Source of the DNA: a bacterium
Lineage (GTDB): Bacteria > Zhuqueibacterota > Zhuqueibacteria > Oceanimicrobiales > Oceanimicrobiaceae
Length of the DNA stretch: 30,172 nucleotides
Direction of reading: 5' to 3'
Assembly (NCBI GenBank): GCA_046757025.1
Contig: JBHHXN010000053.1
Coordinates: forward strand, 1-30,172
Notes under the pieces: generated by a model
Database searches by the model: none
What the model saw: only the letters and a program-made list of their open reading frames with translations
Told to the model about the DNA's origin: nothing
Part shown: in pieces, positions 9,555-18,831 of the stretch
Layout: each line of letters opens with the position of its first letter
Numbering within the stretch: the stretch's first letter is position 1
Position numbers and translations under genes: made by a program

Positions 9555-10319
9555 ATGTTTGTCAATAAATCGGGTCGTTTTGGAGCGTTGCTAAATACGG
9601 AATCCAGTGCGGAAAGTGATTTGAACAAAAGTACCAGAGAGTATTTTTCAAATACCGTGAATGCCGCTGAGCTGGTAAAAAGAAAAAATGCAGAGGCTAA
9701 TTTGAAATTACAGAGCAAAAAAGTATTCGAAATTGCGTTTACTTTTACGCTCTTGTTTTTGATTGCAGCATTTCAGTTGGCCAGACAATTCTCCCTGGCT
9801 GCCGCCGCGGTGGATTCGGTCGATGTCAAAATAGAAGTGGCGGACATACCGGTGACGGAACAATTCAAGAAACCGCCGCCGCCAGTACGACCGACTATTC
9901 CCATTCCCACTGAAGAAGAGTCGATTCCCGAAGACCTGACAATTGCTTCCACCGAAATCGACTTGTCCAACATTCCGCCTCCGCCGGCGCCACCGGAGGA
10001 AGGTGAACTTCCTATTTTTGTGGCTTACGATGAACCGCCTGAAATTATTGGTGGTTTGGGTACTTTACAGAAATATTTGAAATACCCGCGATTGGCCCAA
10101 ACCGCGGGCGTGGAAGGGGTGGTTTATGTGAAAGTGCTGGTTGGTGTCGACGGCCGTTCGGAACGGTCAGAAATAATCCGTGCCAAACCAGCTAATATGG
10201 GATTTGAAGAATCCGCCATGAACGCGGTAATGAAAGTGAAATGGCATCCTGCAAAGCAAAGAGATAGAAACATCCGAGTTTGGGTTTCCATTCCGGTGCA
10301 GTTTAAGATAGCGAGTTAG
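9555..10319 (+). CDS. tonB: Energy transducer TonB
   Basis: N-terminal TM helix, Pro-rich linker, TonB_C motif YPRLAQTAGVEGVVYVKVLVGVDG...WHPAKQ...IPVQF. Confidence 0.9.
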   Translation: MFVNKSGRFGALLNTESSAESDLNKSTREYFSNTVNAAELVKRKNAEANLKLQSKKVFEIAFTFTLLFLIAAFQLARQFSLAAAAVDSVDVKIEVADIPVTEQFKKPPPPVRPTIPIPTEEESIPEDLTIASTEIDLSNIPPPPAPPEEGELPIFVAYDEPPEIIGGLGTLQKYLKYPRLAQTAGVEGVVYVKVLVGVDGRSERSEIIRAKPANMGFEESAMNAVMKVKWHPAKQRDRNIRVWVSIPVQFKIAS

Positions 10320-10338
10320 TGAAGGGCAGTTAATTGAA

Positions 10339-10380
10339 AAAGCCCGTGAGACGCAGCAGGTCCACGGGCTTTGCTTTTTT
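10339..10380. terminator. Bidirectional intrinsic terminator between convergent genes
   Basis: AAAGCCCGTG...CACGGGCTTT stem flanked by A and T runs. Confidence 0.75.
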
Positions 10381-10397
10381 ATTTGGCGGTGGATTGG

Positions 10398-11759
10398 CTA
10401 CTTGCTTCCAAGTAACTCCAGGGCCGCAGCCGTCATGGTTTGGACGCCGGTTTTGATGGACAATTCTGGATCCGGGGCAAAAAGGCTGGAATGCAACGAG
10501 GGAAACGAAACTTCCTCAATTTGATTTTTTTCGAACCGTTCTGGTGTGACGGCGCCCAACCAAAAAATACAGATAGGAATGTTTGGTGCCACTTGACCGT
10601 AGCGTGAAAAATCTTCTCCCGCCATGATGGGCTCAACTTTCAGGACGTTTTTTTCTCCCAACACTTTTTCAAACACCGTTTTCAATTTCTCTGTCATCTC
10701 GGGATCGTTGTAAGTTGCCGGCGTAAATTCATCCTGGACGGTTACGGTGGGGAGCCGGTCCAGCGGCACCCCCGCGGCTTCTGCAATGCCTTTGCAAATT
10801 CTTTCAATGGCTGAAATGATTTGGTTGCGTACCTTGTCGGAATAGGAGCGTAAAGTGAGCTGCAAATGCACTTCGTCGGAGATGATGTTGTGTTTGGTAC
10901 CGCCATGAATGGAACCCACCGTAACCACGGCCGGTTCGATGGGTTTGATCTCCCGACTGACGATGGTTTGTAACGCTAAAATGGTTTGAGCGGCAATGAC
11001 GACGGGATCCTTGGTATCGTGAGGAAGCGCGCCATGTCCTCCGACACCGCGAATGACTATATCTACGGCATCGACATTGGCTAAGGCGAATCCTTTGCAG
11101 TAGCCGACGGTTCCGGCTGGCATACCCGAATTTACGTGCAATGCCAGGCAATAGTCCGGTCGTGGAAACCGGCTGAACAAACCATCCGCCAGCATGGCTT
11201 TGGCGCCGGCGCCTTTTTCTTCAGCGGGCTGGCCGATCATCACCAGCGTGCCCTGCCACTGGTCGCGGATTTGGCTGAGCAAGCGAGCGGTGCCGGTGAA
11301 CACGGTCATGTGCACGTCGTGACCACAGGCGTGCATAATCCCCACCTCATCACCTTTCTCGTTTCTGATCTTAACTTTGCTGGCGTATTTCAGGCCGGTT
11401 TGTTCAATTATGGGCAGCGCATCCAAATCGGTACGAATCAAAACGATTGGTCCGGCGCCATTTTTCAAAACCCCAACCAGACCATGCCCCCCAACGTTTT
11501 GCGTAACTTCATATCCCTGAATGGATAGTTCGTTGGCTAATTTTGCCGCCGTATTGGCTTCCTGAAAAGAAAGCTCCGGGTGGCGGTGAAGATATTTGTA
11601 GAGATTAGCCAGATAATCGTAATCCTGTTCCACGCGCTTGATAATTTCGTCGAAAAGAGTTGATTGGGTATTTCCGATATTTTGCGCTTGAAGAGGATAA
11701 ACCGAGGCAAATAGGGCGACCAGCAGGATGGGGGTGGTGATTTTACGTAAATTCATCAT
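10398..11759 (-). CDS. M20D family amidohydrolase/peptidase with signal peptide
   Basis: HPELSFQE, RTDLDALP, MHACGHDVH, QPAEE, EDFS, LHS motifs; AAGGAG RBS before ATG 11759; signal ending LQA. Confidence 0.92.
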   Translation of the reverse strand: MMNLRKITTPILLVALFASVYPLQAQNIGNTQSTLFDEIIKRVEQDYDYLANLYKYLHRHPELSFQEANTAAKLANELSIQGYEVTQNVGGHGLVGVLKNGAGPIVLIRTDLDALPIIEQTGLKYASKVKIRNEKGDEVGIMHACGHDVHMTVFTGTARLLSQIRDQWQGTLVMIGQPAEEKGAGAKAMLADGLFSRFPRPDYCLALHVNSGMPAGTVGYCKGFALANVDAVDIVIRGVGGHGALPHDTKDPVVIAAQTILALQTIVSREIKPIEPAVVTVGSIHGGTKHNIISDEVHLQLTLRSYSDKVRNQIISAIERICKGIAEAAGVPLDRLPTVTVQDEFTPATYNDPEMTEKLKTVFEKVLGEKNVLKVEPIMAGEDFSRYGQVAPNIPICIFWLGAVTPERFEKNQIEEVSFPSLHSSLFAPDPELSIKTGVQTMTAAALELLGSK

Positions 11760-11870
11760 ACCGTCTCCTTCTAAATGATTCAAAAGTGCACATTTTAGTT
11801 TACAGATGGCTGTACCGCATCAAAAACGTAATTTCAGAGTAAGGGGAAGAATAAAAGCTGGATTTCTAAT

Positions 11871-12007
11871 TTAGTGTCTGAAGGAAAACCACTCTGTTTT
11901 CCCGAAGGCCTCGTGGCCGAGAATGAACTCCTGCTTGGCTCGGCGGGGACGCCTTCGCGAAGAGGTTTAGATATCGAGCATTTCTCTAGTTTTCGTTCAA
12001 ACACTAA
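11871..12007. mobile_element. MITE-like element with 19-bp terminal inverted repeats
   Basis: TTAGTGTCTGAAGGAAAAC (11871-11889) vs reverse complement of 11989-12007 (TTAGTGTTTGAACGAAAAC): 17/19 identical. Internal GC hairpin cgaaggc...gccgag/ctcggc...gccttcg. Confidence 0.65.
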
Positions 12008-12044
12008 TTCAGATTGAAAATGGCCTATTTTAGCTTAATTTAGC

Positions 12045-12896
12045 CTATTGACCAGATGGCGGCTCCGGAGGGCGCGGCAATCCTCGAGGTGCTTCTTCTC
12101 CTCCGCCGGCCACCAAAATGGCTGTGGTGACGGTTCCGCCAAGTAAGCTGCCGCCAACCGCCCAAATCCAGGTGGCGATGCCGCCGCTTTTTTCACGCCA
12201 TTTTTTCTGCAAGTTAATGGGTTTGAACCATTCAGAAATGATCGGTTGGATCACACGCGATTTAACTGCCAGCGTAATATTGCCCTGTTCGGTGGATTCA
12301 AAATCATCGCTTACAATCAAGCCAATCATATTGCCTTTATTATCGATCAACGGGGCTCCGTCGATACCAGTTTGGTGGCCGGTGTCGAAGGCAAAATGAT
12401 TTTCATTTGAATCGGTTAATTCAACAGGAATGGAAATCCAATCGTAATCGGTGGCGTGCCCCAGAATGGTAAAGGTTTTACCCGGATGCGCCGACTTGGA
12501 CTCGCCAAAAACGATGGCGGGCTGGGTAAAGGGGAAATTTTTCACAGCAACGATAGCCAAATCCGAATCGAAATCGATCCACCGGTCCACAATAAGACCG
12601 AGCAGCGGATCCGGATAGTCTCTCAGAATGACCGCCACCTTTTCCCTGCCGGCCACCATGCTGTAGGAAGTTAGAACGAAGCCGGCGCCATCTTTGTGAA
12701 TGCCCAAAACCACCCCGGCGCCTATTTTTTTTCCTTCATCCGCAATGAGTTTCACCACGGCGGGGGCTGTTTTGTCATAGCCTTTTTGTGTTAAAACGGC
12801 TTGCGGCGCGGAGGGTTCCGACTGTTCCTGTGCCAACGCATTTTGTAAAAAGAAAGAAACGGTGAGGGCAATGGCTAATTTTATTGTAATATTCAT
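12045..12896 (-). CDS. Secreted trypsin-like (S1/HtrA-type) domain protein, catalytic His and Ser substituted, C-terminal membrane anchor
   Basis: PAVVKL..GAGVVL, GFVLTSYSMV, DSDLAIV, GIDGAPLIDNKGNMIGL; GGAG RBS before ATG 12896; signal peptide ending ALA. Confidence 0.8.
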   Translation of the reverse strand: MNITIKLAIALTVSFFLQNALAQEQSEPSAPQAVLTQKGYDKTAPAVVKLIADEGKKIGAGVVLGIHKDGAGFVLTSYSMVAGREKVAVILRDYPDPLLGLIVDRWIDFDSDLAIVAVKNFPFTQPAIVFGESKSAHPGKTFTILGHATDYDWISIPVELTDSNENHFAFDTGHQTGIDGAPLIDNKGNMIGLIVSDDFESTEQGNITLAVKSRVIQPIISEWFKPINLQKKWREKSGGIATWIWAVGGSLLGGTVTTAILVAGGGEEAPRGLPRPPEPPSGQ

Positions 12897-12934
12897 GTTA
12901 TTCTCCACGAATTGATATTTTACAGCCAATTCAG

Positions 12935-15900
12935 TTACTTGACCAGAATCATTTTGCGAGTCTGCGAAAAGTCACCGGCAATGATTTGGTAAATGTACAG
13001 TCCGCTGGCGACGGCCCGGCCGTGGTTGTCCTGTCCATTCCAGGTGACAATATGAAAGCCCGTTTCTTTCGGCTCCTCATCGAGCAGCGTGGCCACAAGC
13101 CTTCCTAAGAGATCATAAACCTGTAAACTGACTTTTCCCGAGCTTGGCAAACCAAAGCGAATGGTCGTCGTCGGGTTGAACGGATTCGGGAAATTCTGGG
13201 AAAGTTCGAATTCTTTAGGAATCAACGCGTCGTCGGCAGTTTCATCTGCCATGAAGCCAGATTTGCCCACCAGCAGCTTGAGGGTTTTGACGCTGCCGTA
13301 TTGCCCGGTTGGAAACGAGTACTCATTTTCCCGGCGGAGATTTTGCAGGATGTTCAACTTTTCATCCAGCAACCTGATTTCCAGGTCGCTGGGCAAAACC
13401 TCCAGCCCTGCAATGTGAATCTTAGCCTCCGCGTTGGCAATATTTGATTTCACCTGGAAACTCCAGGTCTGGCCTTCGCCGATTTGCTTTCGATAGTCCG
13501 TGGTGTAATTGCCCGGAAACGTCGGCCACTCTTTCCTTGGAAACAAAATGGAAATGTAGTCGCCAATGGGAGGAGGTTCTGTGTAATCCCACGGATCCCA
13601 GGTGTCGGAAGCGAATTCGATGATTCCAATGTAATTGAATTCGTCCCGGGCCTGCCCGCAAATCGCTTTGAGTTGGAGCGCCCAGTCGGGGGTGGATGCG
13701 TTGGCTCGTGCAAGTGAACGATTAACGCCTTCGGAAGCCACCGGCGGGATCTCGATTTCGACTTCGGAGCGGCCGCGATTAAAGATGAAATATCCTTTGT
13801 ATGGTTGCAATTTCTCAGCGATGCCGTAAGTGTCTTCGTAGAGAAATGGTGCCTGGACGAGTGTGTCACTTTCGGCTGGGATGAGCACCGAATCCCAGTC
13901 CACGTCGAAAGCAAAGGGATGCCCGACTTGATTCCAACCGGGCTTTAAAGACAAAACGTAATTCGTGTCCGCGCGTAAGGATTTTCCTGCACCAAAATCA
14001 ATGACTCGGTCTCTGGCCGAGATCAACCAGTAAGCCTTTCCCGGAGTAAATGTGAAGGTGTTGGCGTTGAGTGAGTCGCGTTCCACATACACGTTGTCCC
14101 GGTAATAAAACAACCGCCAGCTTGTGGTATCGTAAACGCCAAATCCGGAGGCGTCGAAAATCGAATCGGCGCTGGATTCGGTTAGCAGATTGGGCGCGGA
14201 AATCATCCGGTAAGCGGTTTGGGAAGAACCCCGGGTTATTTGTCTGGTCTGTACCGCACTTCCAAAATTCACCACCACAAAAAAGGTGTCTGATGTGGCA
14301 CTATTTAACAAGGTGTCCTGGCTGCTTACGAAATATTCCAGTCCTCTTTCAGTAATAAATGATTCGGGAAAGGCGGTTCTAAAAGTGTCTGCCGCCACTG
14401 CACTCATCGCGAAGGATTCAAAGTTGCCTGCGCCGCCCTTGCGAATATTTAGCATGACATTTTTTATCGGAGTATTGTCGATGGCGCTTGCGGTTACCTG
14501 AATAGAGTCGCCCACGCTGATTTCTTTGGCGGTGTCCGACAGGGCGATTGTCGGCCCGGCAGCGGCGGCGATGGTAAAAGTCTGCTCGCTTTCATCAAAT
14601 ATGAATCCAGCATTGCTGGCGCTGATTTTAATTTTACAGTCTGTTTTTGCCGGTCCCGTTACTTCATAAAAAAATCGTTCATCCAGGATAGCGACGGCTC
14701 GGGCGATCACCTCCTGGTAAGTTGTTCCGCCATCGCGCGACAATTCAATGGAAATGCTGTCTAATTCACCCTGAGAGGTCCATTTAATTTCTTGTGTACT
14801 GCCGATTTCCCAGACGGCGGTGGAGGTATCCGGACTCAGAAGTGTGACGTTTCGATTTTCACCGGGTATTCCCGGTTTGCTTATTCTTTGTAAATATATA
14901 TCGTAATGGCTGCCACTGCGCCGGTCTTCCCAGACCACGATGGCGCCGCCCAGGTTGTCGTCGATGAGCGTGGGATTTTGCTGGATGTTGGCGGCGGTTG
15001 AAACCGCGATACCATTCTCCCCCCAGTCGGTTTTACCGTTAGGCTCGATGAGTTGTGCATAGATGTCGGTTTGACCTGCGCGATCGTCTTCCCAGGCCAC
15101 GATGATGCCATCTCTTTTGTTGGAAATCAACACGGGATTTTCCTGGTCGCCGATAGCTCTCACAATATCGAACTCTGATTCGATTTCCTGGCCCATTGAA
15201 TTTAATCTCTGGATACGGACATCCCGGTCCTGGCCCGAGCCGAGGTCGATCCAGAGTACACAGATGGTATCGGCGTTTACTCGCACGATTTTGACATCTT
15301 CCTTTTTGCCGGCGCTGTTCGAGATGGTTCTGCCGAAATTATCCCATTGGATCATGCCTTGTGAATTGATGCGCTGAACTTTTATTTCATGATTTGTGCT
15401 CAATGTTTCGGATGGGGCAATCCAGGCGACAATGGCCCCGCCCCTGCCATCTGCTATGGCGGCAGGTACTGTATTATTCTCTAATGAAGAACTTAAAGCG
15501 ACTTCAGTGCCCGGCCAAACAGGGTTCATGCTTCCGTCTAATCGTGCAGCATAAACTTGTAAACTGGCCGGATTGCGCTGGTCCGCCCACACAACGATGA
15601 CACCTCTATTTTCATCGGAGATAATGGTTGGCGGTTGCTCGGGTTGCGTGACTTTGTGATTTTCGTTTAGTTTGCTAAAAGATGGCCATTGCGGGCTGCC
15701 TTTATTATCTAATTTTTGTAGAAAAATAAGGTGGTTGCCATCCCGAAAAGTGTAGGACGCCACGATCGCGCCGAAGATGCTGTCGCGAATGATGTTCGGA
15801 AATACGTAGTTGTTGCCTGTTTGAATGCGGGCGCCGTTGACGCCGTTAGGGCCCCAATGCCCCTGCCCTAAAGGTAGGCTGATTTTTTGAGCGTAAATGT

Positions 15901-16291
15901 CAAAATTGGAGCCGATGGAGTTGCGATCGTCCTGCCAGGTTACAAAAGCGCCTGTATCTCCATTTGCAACCAGAGTCGGGGCGATTTGGCTGCCTTGTAA
16001 AACGGCAATGTCATTGTTGAAATCATCGTCAAGCTGACCAGACGCTTTAATTCTCGCCATAAAGATATCGTCATTACCATTGCGATCGTCCTGCCAAACA
16101 ATGATCGCGCCTCCGTTGCCATCGGAGATTACACGGGCATTGGTTTGATTGCCTTCAAAAACTGCAATTCCGTTGTTCACAGCTGCATTATTTGACCACT
16201 GAGCAGGTGCCTGGCCAAATGCCAAAATCAAAATAACGGTTTCCAACACCCCTTTATGCTTCATGAATTTACTCTTGCTTTTGAATCGCAT
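12935..16291 (-). CDS. Large secreted protein: 8 propeller-like repeats, Ig-like domains, C-terminal T9SS-A/FlgD-Ig-like domain
   Basis: Repeats of type DGxGGAIIVWxDxR...DIYAQRI; C-terminus FELSQNFPNPFNPTTTIRF...WNGQDNHGRAVASGLYIY...RKMILVK. Confidence 0.88.
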   Translation of the reverse strand: MRFKSKSKFMKHKGVLETVILILAFGQAPAQWSNNAAVNNGIAVFEGNQTNARVISDGNGGAIIVWQDDRNGNDDIFMARIKASGQLDDDFNNDIAVLQGSQIAPTLVANGDTGAFVTWQDDRNSIGSNFDIYAQKISLPLGQGHWGPNGVNGARIQTGNNYVFPNIIRDSIFGAIVASYTFRDGNHLIFLQKLDNKGSPQWPSFSKLNENHKVTQPEQPPTIISDENRGVIVVWADQRNPASLQVYAARLDGSMNPVWPGTEVALSSSLENNTVPAAIADGRGGAIVAWIAPSETLSTNHEIKVQRINSQGMIQWDNFGRTISNSAGKKEDVKIVRVNADTICVLWIDLGSGQDRDVRIQRLNSMGQEIESEFDIVRAIGDQENPVLISNKRDGIIVAWEDDRAGQTDIYAQLIEPNGKTDWGENGIAVSTAANIQQNPTLIDDNLGGAIVVWEDRRSGSHYDIYLQRISKPGIPGENRNVTLLSPDTSTAVWEIGSTQEIKWTSQGELDSISIELSRDGGTTYQEVIARAVAILDERFFYEVTGPAKTDCKIKISASNAGFIFDESEQTFTIAAAAGPTIALSDTAKEISVGDSIQVTASAIDNTPIKNVMLNIRKGGAGNFESFAMSAVAADTFRTAFPESFITERGLEYFVSSQDTLLNSATSDTFFVVVNFGSAVQTRQITRGSSQTAYRMISAPNLLTESSADSIFDASGFGVYDTTSWRLFYYRDNVYVERDSLNANTFTFTPGKAYWLISARDRVIDFGAGKSLRADTNYVLSLKPGWNQVGHPFAFDVDWDSVLIPAESDTLVQAPFLYEDTYGIAEKLQPYKGYFIFNRGRSEVEIEIPPVASEGVNRSLARANASTPDWALQLKAICGQARDEFNYIGIIEFASDTWDPWDYTEPPPIGDYISILFPRKEWPTFPGNYTTDYRKQIGEGQTWSFQVKSNIANAEAKIHIAGLEVLPSDLEIRLLDEKLNILQNLRRENEYSFPTGQYGSVKTLKLLVGKSGFMADETADDALIPKEFELSQNFPNPFNPTTTIRFGLPSSGKVSLQVYDLLGRLVATLLDEEPKETGFHIVTWNGQDNHGRAVASGLYIYQIIAGDFSQTRKMILVK

Positions 16292-16491
16292 AAGTCATCT
16301 CTTACTTTTGTTAGAGTTTAATTTTTATTTTCAACCCTGAACATTGGTTTAAAATCGTAGTTTCTAAAATAAAAAAGATAAGATAGTTAATTTGCGTTAT
16401 GAGCCATTTGCTAAGAAAGGATATTTTGGCAGGCATGGTGTATATTTGCAATAATCCCTTTTCCATAGTAATTTATTAAAATATGGAAATT

Positions 16492-16520
16492 AATATATAT
16501 TTTTCGCAAAAAATTGTCAA
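16492..16520 (-). promoter_or_regulatory. Sigma70-type promoter for the 16291 gene
   Basis: Minus strand TTGACA (16520-16515), 17-nt spacer, TATATT (16497-16492). Confidence 0.55.
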
Positions 16521-16839
16521 GAGAATTCTGATATGTTTTTAAACTTTAATAAATTATAGAGATATGTGACAAAACGATGATTTCTGAAAAGAGGTGGGTA
16601 ATTTTTAACGTTGTTTTTCAAATACAATTTTACATACATTTAAATCAGGGTCAATTCTACTCAATGAGATTTTGGAATTCTCCCGACCAGATTGGTGCAA
16701 GTTACGATTTGGGCAACGAAAAACGGAGTCGTAAAAATGGGTGTCTCAGCGAAAGAACGGTGAATTTTAATGGCGCGATGCCATTGCTGCAGAAAATGGA
16801 TAAATAGATGATTCGCAGAACAGAAGGGTAATGAATCTC

Positions 16840-18399
16840 TTAGTTTGCAATCAAAATGCGCAACGTCGATTCCAGCTCTTTGTGCCTGGAATTGTCTTCA
16901 TTGTAGGTGATAACGATATCACACTTTTTGTCTGAATTGAGGTGCATGGCTCGAACCATTTCGCCGTTTTGAGGGAGATGTGTTAAGTATTTTGCGCTAA
17001 CTTTTGAATCGAGGATTTTTTCGCTGCCCCAGAAAAAGATCAGCATTTTTTCATCGAGGCTACTCAAAATGTCCAGCAAACCGTCGCCATTAAAGTCTGC
17101 GATTTCGTACACCGGCGAAGTCGCCCCGCCGCGATATGAAAATCGTACCACCAGACTGTTTTTCATGTCCGGCTTTTCCGGATAAAATCCACGTTTGTTC
17201 ATCAGATAAACTTCTGCCTGGATTTCCACGCTTTTGGTGAGCAGCATGCTGATGATGTTTTTCAGGCCAACATTGACCACGGGTATGATCAAATCGTATC
17301 GGCCATCCCGATTCAAATCCAGAATATCCAGAACCAACTGCGTGCCGCCAGGCTGGATGATTTGATCCGGCTCTTTTTCAAAGAACACCCGGTCAATTGA
17401 GTCGGTGCTGTCTTTTTTTCCGAGATGGATTCGTACTTCGTTGTAGGGATTGACAAAGCTCTTTTTGGTTGAAACACGAATGCTCACCACATCCAAAAGG
17501 CCGTCGTGGTTTAAATCGAGGATTTTTTTAAGAAATGTCCTCTCACTTTTATCTCCAATTCGGGTACGCTGAATTTTGGCGCCTTTCCAGATTTCTCCAA
17601 AAAACAAATCGATTTTGTGATGGCACTCTTTTGCAAAATAACCTAGGTTGTCCTGGCAGTAAACCACCAGACTATCCTGATAGATTCCTATCAAATCTTT
17701 TCGGCCATCGGCGTTAAAATCTTGTAGAGCGATATACGGCATGGCGTATTGCGCTTCGGTTTTATTGCCGACTGAAAAACGTGGATCGTAAAAACCGCTT
17801 ACTTTTGTTTCCGCACGTAAGGGCACTTCATTGATCAACCAATTGCGGCTTTCCGGGTTGCGGAAGTAAATATCGCACCTTGTGAAATGCGGTACGATGA
17901 CTTCATCGACAAAGTCGCCATTCAAATCGGCCACAAAATTCCAGTTCTGCAGTCGGTTTTTGTTCGAAAGCATAAAAATCGATTGTGCGGCAAACAATCT
18001 TTGCGGCGTCAGATCCAATTGATTCTGTTTAAATGGATAAAAATAAACCCCGCTGCTGGTAAAAAAAACAAACTCCTTTTGAAAATCACCCTGTACATCG
18101 CCAATGTCGTAGAGAATGATGTCGTCCGAAACTTTAAATTCCTGCGACGGCTTTCCGTCAAACCCGTTTGGTTTTTGTAAATAAACCGAAATCCATCTTT
18201 CCTGTCCAGGATTTTCCGCCTTTTTCTTTAATATGAGCAGAATATCTTTCAGGCCGTCATTATTCAAATCTTCGATGTGGTAGGACCCTAACTCGCCCTC
18301 AAATTGCAGGTCATAAGTATGATATAATTCCTTAACTGATTTTGCACTGCTGAGCAGGTTAAAATTTATCAAAAGAGTGAATAAACATAGATGCATCAT
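16840..18399 (-). CDS. Secreted FG-GAP/VCBS repeat protein
   Basis: Ca-binding blades DLNNDGLKD, DLNGDFVDE, DFNADGRKD, DLNHDGLLD, DLNRDGRYD, DFNGDGLLD; signal peptide. Confidence 0.88.
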   Translation of the reverse strand: MMHLCLFTLLINFNLLSSAKSVKELYHTYDLQFEGELGSYHIEDLNNDGLKDILLILKKKAENPGQERWISVYLQKPNGFDGKPSQEFKVSDDIILYDIGDVQGDFQKEFVFFTSSGVYFYPFKQNQLDLTPQRLFAAQSIFMLSNKNRLQNWNFVADLNGDFVDEVIVPHFTRCDIYFRNPESRNWLINEVPLRAETKVSGFYDPRFSVGNKTEAQYAMPYIALQDFNADGRKDLIGIYQDSLVVYCQDNLGYFAKECHHKIDLFFGEIWKGAKIQRTRIGDKSERTFLKKILDLNHDGLLDVVSIRVSTKKSFVNPYNEVRIHLGKKDSTDSIDRVFFEKEPDQIIQPGGTQLVLDILDLNRDGRYDLIIPVVNVGLKNIISMLLTKSVEIQAEVYLMNKRGFYPEKPDMKNSLVVRFSYRGGATSPVYEIADFNGDGLLDILSSLDEKMLIFFWGSEKILDSKVSAKYLTHLPQNGEMVRAMHLNSDKKCDIVITYNEDNSRHKELESTLRILIAN

Positions 18400-18444
18400 T
18401 TCAATGCCTTCTTCGGTCAGAATGAATAAAAAAAGATAAGTCTA

Positions 18445-18473
18445 AATATAGAGACTTCGGGCGGGTATGGCAA
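18445..18473 (-). promoter_or_regulatory. Sigma70-type promoter for the FG-GAP gene
   Basis: Minus strand TTGCCA (18473-18468), 17-nt spacer, TATATT (18450-18445). Confidence 0.5.
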
Positions 18474-18684
18474 GTACTTTTCTAAAATTTCATTAAATTG
18501 AGGAGTTGGTTTCAAATTTGAATTACAATTTCAGGAGAGGAGCCGTTCAAAAAGGCGCAGTTTGCTTGCCTATTAGACACCTGGGCAAATTCTAACCACT
18601 ATTATTCTGCCGAATTATCAACAACCGTGCTTTTTTATGTCAATTCTACTGTAAAAATTTACAAATATTATACAATCGCTCAAT

Positions 18685-18699
18685 TGGCATGTATGTTGC
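18685..18699 (+). promoter_or_regulatory. Sigma54 (RpoN) -24/-12 promoter
   Basis: TGGCATGTATGTTGC matches TGGCACG-N4-TTGC at all but one fixed position, with exact GG-N10-GC spacing. Confidence 0.55.
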
Positions 18700-18831
18700 G
18701 CAGAGCTTTCTTCAAACAGATGAATAAAATAGCGGGAGTGGGTAATATTTACCACAAAATGTTTTTAGAGGAGCAGGGCCAACAAAAAAACGGTTACAAT
18801 TTTTTTCAGGGATTTTAAACTGTTCTGGGTT

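Noticed and set aside
16577..16807. 76-aa intergenic ORF (likewise 1201-1443, 18627-18818, 20932-21315)
   Set aside because: No clear RBS or motif; they lie in AT-rich spacers or overlap repeats or real genes.
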